DNA of 64,000 nucleotides from Octopus sinensis. Its lineage: Eukaryota. Shown here one piece after another: positions 49,601 through 60,858 of the stretch. The notes beneath the pieces are model-generated. The model saw nothing but the letters and a program-made list of their open reading frames with translations. It was not told the DNA's origin and searched no databases. Both the position numbers and the translations under genes were made by a program. The first letter of the stretch is position 1. Each line of letters opens with the position of its first letter. Location of the stretch: positions 196,540,001 to 196,604,000 of the forward strand of contig NC_042998.1 of the NCBI RefSeq assembly GCF_006345805.1, read 5' to 3'.

Positions 49601-49915
49601 TATTTAGATTTGGGGAAATTTCGAACCTGAGTTTTCATTCCTACGGTATTTTTTGATATTATTATTATTATTATTCAGACATATGGCGTAGTGGGGTTAA
49701 GAGCACAGACTACTAACCCCAAGATTCCAAGTTCGATTCCAGGCAGTGAACTGAATAATAATAGTAACATCGAAAAATACCTTAGGAATGAGAACCCAGG
49801 TTCGAAATTTCTCCAAGACACCTGAAGAAGGCTGGAGGGTATATCAGCCAAAACGTTAACAACAAAGATGAGGACAAATATCTGTCGAGTGTAAATAATG
49901 TACATAATTCCTCAT
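49601..49915 (+). mobile_element. tRNA-headed, inverted-arm, hammerhead-bearing short element
   Basis: Left arm 49610-49678, tRNA-like core 49679-49750, right arm 49751-49816, hammerhead motif 49817-49857, then tail. Confidence 0.82.
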
Positions 49916-50320
49916 TATTTCATTCTCTCTTCTTTGTCCCCCACTATCTTCTTTTTTCTTCAATGTTCTGATTTGTCTCAATCATTATTCATTATTCCCA
50001 TCCACGTGTGTGTGTTTACACAAACACAAGAAACACTATTTCTTTCAAACATTATATTGAAAACACAACAGTTTTTTTTTTATTAATGATTTTTCACATT
50101 TTCTTTTAAAGTTTGGCACAATAACAGTTATAAATGCGTTAATATTTTTCAGTCTCTCATCTTCTAAATAATGTACTTGTTAGTCATGTTTCTGTAGTAT
50201 TTATACATACATACACACACATATATATATAATCATATCAAAGGGAAATAGAAATTTTCATTTCCAGTGGCCTTGCATGTAAAAATTTAGTCCAAAGACT
50301 ATGTATTAGTCATAAAATAC

Positions 50321-50431
50321 AGTGTACATTTAAACACATGAGGAATCCACTCGTGGGATTCAACATGCTAGCTGTTCTTTCTAGCATGCTGAATCCCATG
50401 AGTGGATTCCTTATGTGTTTAAATGTACACT
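50321..50431. repeat. 51-bp-stem hairpin with 9-nt loop
   Basis: Arms 50321-50371 and 50381-50431 with 3 substitutions. Confidence 0.92.
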
Positions 50432-50459
50432 ATTTTATTATATATATATATAAAATATG

Positions 50460-50620
50460 AATTAGAGATAAAACCACTATTATGCAACTCAAACAGTGAT
50501 AGACATAAACCAATACATAAATAACAAATAATATATATTTTTCTAAAACATATAACTAGTTTTTTTTTATAACTAGTCTATCACTGTTTGAGTTGCATAA
50601 TAGTGGTTTTATCTCTAATT
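50460..50620. repeat. Perfect 45-bp inverted repeat
   Basis: 50460-50504 and 50576-50620. A related single arm is near 7495-7525. Confidence 0.92.
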
Positions 50621-51951
50621 TATATATATTATATATTTATTTTGGGAAATTTGATTTAATACTAAATTGAATTTTTCCCTGTAAGTTTGGAGTTATACTC
50701 CCTAATACTATTATTATATATATCCCATGCTAGCATGGAAAGCAGACGTTAAATGATGATGATATATATAATCATTAGTATTTGTTTTGGTCATTAGACT
50801 ACAGCCACAAGGTAAACCAAACTGATTTAAGTTTGGTATTATTTTATTGTTCACTTTTTGATGAACTACTCAGTCACAGGCTTCCACACAGTTTCCATCC
50901 ACCAGATCCACTCCCAAGGCATTGGTCAGCCCAAGGTAACATGCAGTGGGACAGAACATGGAACCACGTGATTGGGAGACTAAGTTCTCAACCCCATGGC
51001 CCTCTGTCTTTGGTTATGATGACGGGGGTTCCAGTTGATTCAATCAATGGAACAGCCTGCTCATGAAATTAAGGTGCAAGTGGCTGAGTACTCCACAGAC
51101 ACGTGTACCCTTAGCCTAATTCCCAGGGAAATTCAGTGTCACACAGAATATGACAAAGTGAGCCGTTTGAGTTATAGGCACAACTCATGTTTGACTGGAG
51201 CAATGTGAAGTAAAGTGTCTTGCTCAAGAACACAGCTCTCTCGCAGGAATTGTCTACTTTGTCCATAGTGGTCATCATTGTCTTGTGGCAAGCTACTGCA
51301 TTCACCCATTGCGACTGGCATTCCGTTGTTTATAACCACGAAATTAATAGGCAAGTGGATGAGCACCCCACAGACACATGTACCCTCAATGTAGTTCTGA
51401 AAGAGATTTAGTGTGACACAGAATGGGACAAGGTTGACCCTTTGAATTACTGGTACAACTCGTTTTTGCCAGCTGGGTGGAGTGGAGCAACGTGAAATGA
51501 AGTGTCTTGCTCAAGGAAACAATGCACCGCTGGGAATCGAACTCACGACCTTACAATTGTGAGCCGAATGCCCCAACCACTATTCCATGCGGTGAAGGCA
51601 CGTGGCCCCACCTGCACCAAATAAATACCACTGGCCGTACGACTGGGTTAATATTATCACAACCGAAATCCCTTGCAATGGTTTCTAAATTTAATACATT
51701 TTCTCTCTGTGGCTCAAGTGATGTTGGAGGCCTGAACTGCTGGAGGATTAACAGATGTTACCCCACCATCTGGCCCTTGGGTGCCTCTATCACAATCCAC
51801 TCTGTTGCAAACATTCTAATCTAACCTCTGGTCCCTTTCACCCTCAACAAGTCTTGGAGATATTGCACTAAACTTATAAGGCACTTCTCTCTCTCTCCAT
51901 TCATTAGTCATGTGACCATGGAAATAGAAAAATAAAAAACAAAACGATATT

Positions 51952-52580
51952 TACATTATTTAGATTTGGGGAAATTTCGAACCTGGGTTCTCATTCCTAA
52001 GGTATTTTTTGATATTATTATCACTATTTCACCTTACTGGCTCCTGTGCAGGTGGCACATAAAAAACACCATTTGAGCGTGGCTGTTGCCAGTAACGCCT
52101 GACTAGCCCACATGCCAGTGGCACATAAAAGCACCCACTACACTCTCGGAGTGGTTGGCGTTAGGAAGAGCATCCAGCTGTAGAAACTCTGCCAGATCAG
52201 ATTGGAGCCTGGTGCAGCCATCTGGTTCGCCAGTCCTCAGTCAAATCGTCCAACCCATGCTAGCATAGAAAGCAGATGTTAAACGATGATGATGATGATG
52301 ATTATTATTCAGGCATATGGCATATTGGTTAAGAGCACAGGCTACTAACCCCAAGATTCCAAGTTCAATTCTAGGCAGTGACATGAATAATAATAATAAT
52401 AACAACATTGAAAAATACCTTAGGAATGAGAACCCAGGTTTGAAATTTCTCCAAGACACCTGATGAAGGCTGGAGAGTATATCAGCCGAAATGATGTGTT
52501 GACAACAAACAAGATGAGGACAAATATCCGTCGAATGTAAATAATGTACATAATTCCTCATCTCTTAAATATAGAACTGT
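51952..52580 (+). mobile_element. Second copy of the tRNA-headed hammerhead element, interrupted by an RTE tail fragment (52035-52300)
   Basis: Same 5' end cattatttagatttggggaaatttcgaacc, tRNA-like core at 52312-52382, and hammerhead motif at 52455-52500. Confidence 0.8.
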
Positions 52581-55043
52581 ATTCTCTCAATAATGTGTAT
52601 CTCACACAGTCATACATGCAATCATATTTATTTAAAATTTCTTAAAAATTGGATGAGTGATGCCATGATGAAAAATAAGTTCTAATGTGAAGGATTATGG
52701 TTTGTAGAAAAAAATAGACATCATCATTCAGTGTGTCTTCCATGCAGGCATAGGTTGGATGGTTTGACAGGACCCAATAGGTCAGAGAACTGTACCATGC
52801 TCCAGTGTCTGGTTTGGCAAGGTCTCTATGGCTGGATGCCCTTTCTCACACCAGCCCCATTATAGTGTGGTGTGCAGGGTGGTTTTTGTTTTCATGCCAC
52901 CCGTACTAATGAGGTTACCATGTAACTCACAGGACTGGAAAAGACCCTTCGACTGATTGGTGGTAAGGGGTTTTTGTGCCAGGTGTTGAGAGGCTGAAGC
53001 ATGATCAACGGACAGGCACAGGTGTCTTGCTGTAGATGAGATACATGCCTACCCCACATAAGGGTGAGCAGCTGGAAAGAAGACGACGATGGGACCTGGA
53101 ATGTTAAGATTTACTTCTCATTACAACACTTAGTTTAATAAATCTATTATTTTATCATTTATTTGTTTCAGTTACTAGACTGTAGCCATGCTGGAGCAAT
53201 GCCCTGAAGAAATTTTGTTGAACAAATCAACCCCAGTACTTTTTTAAAAAGTTTGGCACTTATTCTATTGGTCCTTTTTGTTGAACTGCTAAGTTATAAG
53301 GATGTAAACACACCAACACCGGTTGTCAGACAGTGGTAGGGGACAAACACAAAAGATACACACACACACAAGATGGGCTTCTTCCAGTTTCCTATTTTCT
53401 TTATTGCTCACAAGGGGCTAAACAAGGATAGAAAAAGGAATTAAGTTGATGACATCAACCCCAGTGCATAACTGGTACTTAATTTATTGACCCCAAAAGG
53501 ATGAAAGGCAATGTCGACATTGGCGGAATTTGAACTCAGAACATAACGGCAAACGAAATACTGTTACGCATTTCGCCCGGCATACTAACATTTCTGCCAG
53601 CTCGGCACCATATACAGGCTTCTTTCAGTTTCCATCAGAACCATGGGGTAAGGAAGCACACATCTTACCACACAGTCACACTAAATGCACCATCTGAGCA
53701 TGATCGTTGCCAGCATCGTGTCAGTGGCACGTGAAAAACAACATTCAAGCATAGTCGTTGCCAGTGCCGCCAGACTGGCTTCTGTGCAGGTGGCACATAA
53801 AAAACACCTTTTGAGTGTGGTCATTGCCAGAACCACCTGACTGGCCCTCGTGCCAGTGTCAAGTAAAAGCACCCACTACACTCTCGGAGTGGTTGGCGTT
53901 AGGAAGGGCATCCAGCTGTAGAAACATTGCCAGATCAGATTGGAGCCTGGTGCAGCCTTCTGGCTTGCCAGTCCTCAACCAAACCGTCCAACCCATGACA
54001 GCATGGAAAGCGGATGTTAAACAATGATGATGATATAATGTAATCTTTGCTGAAATACTCAGTTACCGGTGCCAATGTCAAGTGATGGGAGGACAAACAC
54101 AAAGACACGAACACACACACACACACACACATATGATGGGCTTCTGCATAGTTTCCACCCATCAGATCCACTCACAAGGCAGTTGAATATATAGAGTGTC
54201 ATTTGTAGAATATATAATGTAATTACAAAATATAATTATAAAATACATAATTTAATTACAAAAATTAAAATTAGTAATCTCTTGGCACATGTCTATGTGA
54301 CTAGTAACGTTTCCAAAGAAACAGAATAACGATATATATAAAGGTTTGTTATTTGAAGCACTACTTTACAGCTGGATGCTTCTCCTGTCACCAACCCTTG
54401 CTTGTTTTTCAGTCAAGAGATTTGTTTTTGTTGTTCCATTTGTTTTCAAAAGCAGAGTTATGAGATGCTTTGTTAAAAGGGGATGTCAACATGATGTCAC
54501 CGTTTTTGCTTGAGCAGTTTTATGTAAAGATGCCACAGAATATAAACATTAACACACGCACCATCATCATTTAAGGTCCACTTTTCATGCTTGTACGAGT
54601 CGGATGAATTTGTTGAAGCAACTTTTCAGTAACAGCAAGCCCCTTCCAGTCACCAATTCTCACCTGTTTCACAGCAAGGTAACATTTCCCCATGACCAGA
54701 CATGTTTTCATGGAAGATTGGAAATGAAAATCATCTCTTGTATAACAGTGATAGTTACTTACAAGTGTATTGTGGTAAGACAAGGAGACAAACACTTGCA
54801 CCTACATACATACACACACGTATGTAAATATATATATATATATATTTTTTTTTTAAATAGGATAAAATCTTTATAAGAAATTATCAAGTAGTTAGCGTGA
54901 AAAACCTCGTAAGAGAAAAAATCTGTAAATTTTTTCAACTTTGAAAATACTTATTTATATTATATAGAGGGTACTATTATTCAATAGGTACCGCACTGCA
55001 AAAGTCCCTCCTAGCGTGCGGTACCTATGAATAATAGTACCCT

Positions 55044-55705
55044 TTGTCTCCCGATTCATACAAACCCATTTGCTAGCTCACGATTAACAGAACCTCTTTA
55101 CTCAGCTACGGTGTTATATTAGCTATCAATAATGATATTCCCTCTGATTTTTCTGATTTTCAAACCTATTTATCTAATGTTTATTTATCGACAATGCCGT
55201 CCCCAGTCAAATTCCCTCACACCGCTTATTGTCACGTGTCCCTTGACCTCTCTCTCGCTATGTCCCCCCTTCCCATAACCATCATCGCCATGGTCCTCTA
55301 TGCCCCCCCCTCCCCAAAACCATCATCGCCATACATAAAAGAGCCATCGCATTTATCGTTAACCCCACTCGCTTCAAAATATCTAAAGAATACGCACAGA
55401 TCATGAATGGCTAAAAGTTAAGTGAATCGTCCAACCTCGCTACGACTACCTTCTTTCTTGCACTTATCCTTATTCTTTCTCTATTCTTCAATTTCCATCT
55501 CATTGTATTGTCCCTCATTCTTTCAGTATTCCCTCATTACCCTGTCTAGCTCAAACATTTTTTTTTTTTCGTTTAGACTTGTCTCCAGGTTCATAGCCAC
55601 TCTGATTTTTCAATTTTTCAATTTTTCGTTTAGTATTGTCTCCCGATACATACAAACCCATTTGCTAGCTCACGATTAACAGAACCTCTTTACTCAGCTA
55701 CGGTG
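55044..55705. repeat. 70-bp direct repeat pair immediately 5' of the RTE LINE
   Basis: 55044-55113 and 55636-55705, one mismatch. Confidence 0.92.
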
Positions 55706-58700
55706 CACCCGCCCTCCCACCCCCACCACGCATGCCGGAAGTTCCTATTCTCTTCCATCCCGGGGTTGCTTCCCATGAAGACTGCAAATGCTCTCACTAT
55801 CCCTACCCCTCCCTAGTCTCGACCTATGTAAGGTAATGTTCATACAGTGCAAAATATGAAAGGCTAGCGTTATGCAGGTTGTACTGAAGGCTACTTTACT
55901 ACTTCATTTCTTGCACATGAATTCTGCCAAATGCGAGCTTTCTTTTCAGGTACACGAAGCTACTGTCCACCGTCCCAGGGTCTCTAGAGCCCATGCCTTC
56001 CACACCCTCAGGGTTGGCACCCTCAACGTTGGCACTCTGAAAGGTAGGTCTGGTGAGATAGTCGAGATGCTTGAACGGAGATGTGTGGATATATGTTGCA
56101 TGCAAGAAATAAGGTGGAGAGGAGGATCAGCTAGGTTCCTCACAGGCAAGGAACGCAGGTACAAGATTTTCTGGGCAGGGAACACTGACGGGGTTGGTGG
56201 CGTGGGTATACTTATCGCTGAGAAATGGGTAAAGTAATTGAGGTAATCAGAGTAAGTGACAGAATACTTAAGATTAGATTAGTGCTTCATCATAGTTTAG
56301 CAACCATTATATCAGCCTATGCTCCTCAGTCGGGGCTACCCGATGGACAGAAAGACCGATTCTATGACACTCTACTGCAGACTACCTCATTGACGAACGA
56401 CAGAGACCTTATCTTTGTGGCTGGTGACTTCAATGGTCACGTTGGACGACATGCTGGGGGCTTCCATGGCGTACATGGAGGCTATGGCTATGGCTCCCGC
56501 AACGAGGAGGGAACCAGGCTGCTGGAGTTCTGCGATGCAAATAATTTTATGATTTGCAACACTAACTTCAGGAAACCTACCAGCCACCTAGTCACTTACC
56601 AATCGGGCCAACATACCAGCCAAATTGACTACATCCTTACAAGGCAAAGGGAGAGATGGCTGCTTATAAATGCCAAAACCTTCCCAGGTGAAGAATGTAC
56701 CCCACAACATAGACTGGTAGTTAGTGACTTTAGGATCAGGACTAGGAGGACAACCAGAAGACGACAAATATGGAGAAGAAGGATCTGGAAGCTTAAAGAT
56801 CCTGCAAATGGACAGAGATTTAGGGACATATTACTTGAAGCCTCTGACGAAGTAGAAGGGGATAGAGCATCACAGGGGGTAGAAGACAGCTGGACGTTTC
56901 TAAGGGACAACCTGCTGAGAGCCACTGACCAGATCTGTGGCTGGTGCAAAGTCCCCTCTCGACCTAGAATAACGTGGTGGTGGAACAATATTGTAGACAG
57001 GGCTATTAGAGAAAAGAGACAGGCTTGGAAGGTCTGGAAAAATGGGGGTAGCAGGGAATTGTATCAGACTGCCAAAAGAGAAGCTAGGAGACAGGTTTAT
57101 TTAGCGAGAGGGGAAGCAGATAAGAAAAAATTTGCCAATGTTCTGCGCCGTGAGGACCAAAGACTGGAGGTGTTTCGTGTTGCAAGACAGTGTGTGAGAG
57201 AGAATCGTGATGTGGTAGGAGAGAAGTGTGTTCGCATGGAAGATGGTTCACTTGCGCTAAATGAGGATGCAAGAGAGAGGTTTGGAGATGCCACTATGAA
57301 AGGTTGCTGAATGAAGAAAATGAATGGGATAAAGAGAGTCTGCCGAATGTTGACCCAACAGAGGGACCAGCTATCCGAGTTGATAGTTCTGTGGTAGCTA
57401 AGGCAATTAGAAGCATGAAGACAGGGAAAGCCCCAGGCCCATCAGGAATCACTGCAGAGATGCTCAAAATGTCTGGTAGTGTCGGCTATAGCCTAGTCAC
57501 CCATATAGTTAATCAGGTGATACACAAAGGGGTCATACCCAATGACTGGTGTAGCAGTATAATAGTCAACTGCTACAAAGGTAAAGGTGATGCCCTAGAT
57601 ACAAATAACTACAGAGGTATCAAGCTGTTGGACCAGGTGATGAAGGTTACGGAGAGGGTCATAGCCCAACTAATTAGAGAGAGAGTTAGTTTAGATGAGA
57701 TGCAGTTTGGGTTTGTGCCAGGGAAAAGTACTACTGATGCTATATTCCTGGTAAGGCAGCTGCAGGAGAAATACCTAGCCAAAGATAAGCCCCTGTACCT
57801 GGCTTTTGTTGACATGGAGAAAGCCTTCGACAGGGTCCCCCGATCCCTTATCTGGTGGGCAATGAGAAAACTAGGGATAGATGAATGGTTAGTGAGAGCT
57901 GTGCGGGCCATGTATAGGGACGCCGCTAGTAGGGTGAGGGTTGGAAATGAGTACAGTGAAGAATTCCGGGTAGAGGTAGGGGTCCACCAAGGCTCAGTAC
58001 TCAGCCCCCTCCTATTTATCATAGTCCTCCAGGCAATAACGGAGGAATTCAAGACAGGATGCCCTTGGGAGCTCCTCTATGCTGATGACCTTGCTCTAAT
58101 TGCTGAGTCGCTATCAGAACTGGAGGAGAAGTTTCAGGTGTGGAAACAAGGATTAGAATCGAAGGGCCTCAGAGTCAATCTAGCTAAAACCAAAGTCGTA
58201 ATCAGTAGGAAGGTAGACAAATCACAAACACCTTCAGGTAGATGGCCCTGCTCGATCTGTAGAAAAGGTGTAGGTAGAAACTCTATAAGATGCACCAAGT
58301 GTAAGCTATGGACACATAAGAGATGCAGCAATGTCAAAGGAAGGCTAACTAGGAAGATGGTTTTTGTATGTGGCAGATGCTCAGGAACAATAAACACTGA
58401 AAATGCTCTGAGACCAACTTCCGTCACTTTCCAGGGAGAAAAACTAGAAATAGTTGATAGTTTCCGTTACCTAGGTGACCAAGTCAGCAGCGGGGGCGGG
58501 TGTGCTGAAAGTGTAACTGCTAGAGTAAGAATAGCTTGGGCAAAGTTCAGAGAGCTCTTACCTCTGCTGGTGACAAAAGGCCTCTCGCACAGAGTGAAAG
58601 GCAGACTGTATGATGCGTGTGTACGAACAGCCATGCTACATGGCAGTGAAACATGGGCCGTGACTGCTGAGGATATGCGTAAGCTCGCTAGAAATGAAGC

Positions 58701-59643
58701 CAGTATGCTCCGATGGATGTGTAATGCCGGTACTCACACTCGGCAGAGTGTAAGTACCTTGAGAGAAAAGCTGGACCTAAGAAGCATCAGTTGTGGTGTG
58801 CAAGAGAGACGTTTGCGCTGGTATGGTCATGTGGCGAGAATGGATGAAGATAGTTGTGTGAAAAAGTGCCACACCCTAGCGGTTGAGGGAACCTGTGGAA
58901 GAGGCAGACCCAGGAAAACCTGGGACGAGGTGGTGAAGCACGACCTTCGAACTTTAGGTCTCACTGAGGAAATGACTAGAGACCAAGACCTCTGGAAGTG
59001 TGCTGTGCGCGAGAAGACCCGGCAGGACAAGTGAGTCCACAACCCGTGGCCTTCTACATGGGATGGAGCCAGCCTACGTATGCATACCTTCCCTTCTTGG
59101 GACACAAAACTCTACTTGTGAAGACGTGTTGCGGCAAGTGAGGATCAGAATCGAAATCGATCAATGGAAATTGCGGATGTGCTACCAGTGCCGGTGGCAT
59201 GTCGAAACTCTGCTTGTGAAGACCCATTGAGGCAAGTGAGGATCAGAATTGAAATCGATCAATGGAAATCGATCAATGGAAATTGCAGATGTGTTACCAG
59301 TGCCGGTGGCATGTAAGAGAACTTTCTGTTTCGCGACCATTGCCAGCACCGCCCCGTTTCGTGTCCGTTGCCAGCCTCGCCTGGCCCTCGTGCCGGTGGC
59401 ACATAAAAAGCACCATCCGTTCGTGGCCGTTTGCCAGCTCTGTCTGGCACCAGTGCGGGTGGCACGTAAAAAGCACCCACTACACTCACGGAGTGGTTGG
59501 CGTTAGGAAGGGCATCCAGCCGTAGAAACACTGCCAGATTTGACTGGGCCTGATGAAGCCTTCTGGCTTCACAGACCCCAGTAGAACCGTCCAACCCATG
59601 CTAGCATGGAAAACGGACGCTAAATGATGATGATGATGATGAT
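55706..59643 (+). mobile_element. Near-full-length RTE-clade non-LTR retrotransposon (APE endonuclease plus RT), two frameshifts, (GAT)n tail
   Basis: EN motifs RVGTLNVGTL, DICCMQEIRW, AYAPQ, GDFNGHVG, QIDYIL. RT motifs QFGFVPGKSTTDAI, FVDMEKAFDRV, GVHQGSVLSPLLF, YADD. C-terminal RLRWYGHVARM...GRGRPRKTW. Split over ORFs 55872-56237, 56225-57310 and 57304-59034. The 5' boundary is approximate and no TSD was found. Confidence 0.95.
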
Positions 59644-60630
59644 GCAGGTGGCACATAAAAAGCACCATTTGAGCATTGCTGTTGCCAGTACTGCCTGACT
59701 GGCCCTCGTGCTGGTGGTACGTAAAAGCACCCACTACACTCTTGGAGTGGTTGGCATTAGGAAGGGCATCCAGCTGTAGAAACAGTGCCAGATCAGACTG
59801 GAGCCTGGTGCAGCCTCCTGGTTTCCAATACCCCAGTTGAACTGTCCAACCCATGCCAGCATGGAAAACGGACGTTAAACGATGATGATGATGATGATGA
59901 TTTGAATCAACAATGCATATCTGATGGCTCTGAGATTTCAATGATGTGATTGCGCATTTTTAACATGACATTGTAGGCTATGTATAAGAGGCTGGATTTG
60001 GTCCGTTTGAACATAAAACATGTGGAATATTTGGGCCCAGATATGGCCAGTTTAAATGCTAGAGGGTTAAGCAATGGAAATGTAAATTAGAAAAATGAAT
60101 GAAAGAATCTATTAAGGTCTTTGGATCAAGCAAAAGTTCTCTGGAATATTTCAGAGACGGAATGATATTTGCACCTTGTTTGAATCTCTTTAAGCAGTAT
60201 TAACCCTTACTGCACAGGGACTGACTAAACTTGGTTCCATGCACGTGCACTTGAGACAGGGGACCAAGTTAAGTCGCTTCTGACAGTCAGGTACTTTCTG
60301 GAATTCTCCACATCTCAAATGACAAAGTATGCATAAATCTAATCAGCGCAATGAGGACTACTTACTTCCACAAAGCAATTTAGCTAAGACCAGGAATCAA
60401 AGCAAACGAGGGACACAGCTCGTTAGGGTCACCTCACTCCATTGATTGCTTCAAAAATATATTTTAAAAAATAAAATATAGAGAATAGTGCAACGTCTTG
60501 CAGAACCATTCCAATATTCTTGAACAGAAAAAGGCATGATTTGAAATGCTGACGCCATTCGTTTCTGTGTACCTTTCAATTGTCAAAAATGGTTTAAAAT
60601 ATGAGATAATCCCTAACACATGTCTGATAA

Positions 60631-60858
60631 TCACACCCAACGTAAATCCTCTTGGCGCAACGTAGCTTGTAATTTTCTGGTATCTTTTGAAATTTGATGA
60701 GGTTTTCTCGCCACATTTTCTGAGCCTGTCTGTGGTAGATTCCTGCAAGCCCTTTTCGAAGTTCTTGAATGATTCCCTAAGGAAGCAGTTTTGGTTTTAC
60801 ACAGTGATTGGTTGGTTTCTCGTTTTTTCCTCTTTTCATGTTTAGTTTCTTTCTTTGG
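60631..60858 (-). CDS. CEP57: CEP57/CEP57L1-like gene, terminal exon
   Basis: Strong acceptor tttcttcgtttctcttcag|CCA, phase 0, 75 codons then TGA. The C-terminus KDTRKLQATLRQEDLRWV resembles the conserved CEP57-family end (KDxxxLQxxLxxxDxxW). The gene continues beyond the right edge of the window. Confidence 0.78.
   Translation of the reverse strand, partial: PKKETKHEKRKKRETNQSLCKTKTASLGNHSRTSKRACRNLPQTGSENVARKPHQISKDTRKLQATLRQEDLRWV

Larger units (their letters stand above)
9222..53605. mobile_element. tRNA-related SINE family with Nin-domain-like core, many copies
   Basis: Head ggcggcgagctggcagaaacgttagc...gagttcaaattcc and core ctttgcctttcatcctttcggggtcgataaattaagtaccag. Approximate copies: 9222-9430, 9452-9665, 18567-19040 (tandem), 26335-26545, 32250-32965 (tandem cluster), 34540-34990, 39130-39260, 40821-41051, 47289-47500 (-), 53400-53605 (-). 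Confidence 0.85.

Noticed and set aside
49679-49750. tRNA-like sequences (also 2330-2396, 47984-48050, 52312-52382)
   Set aside because: They have A and B boxes but no complete acceptor stem and run into repeat bodies, so they are SINE heads and not tRNA genes.
59550-59580. CTGATGA followed by an agcc/ggct stem in the LINE tail
   Set aside because: No GAAA follows the stem and other copies read ggtgcagcc here, so it is not a hammerhead.
60464-60748. 94-aa minus ORF MQESTTDRLRK
   Set aside because: It is an alternative frame overlapping the CEP57-like terminal exon; the splice-compatible frame is the other one.
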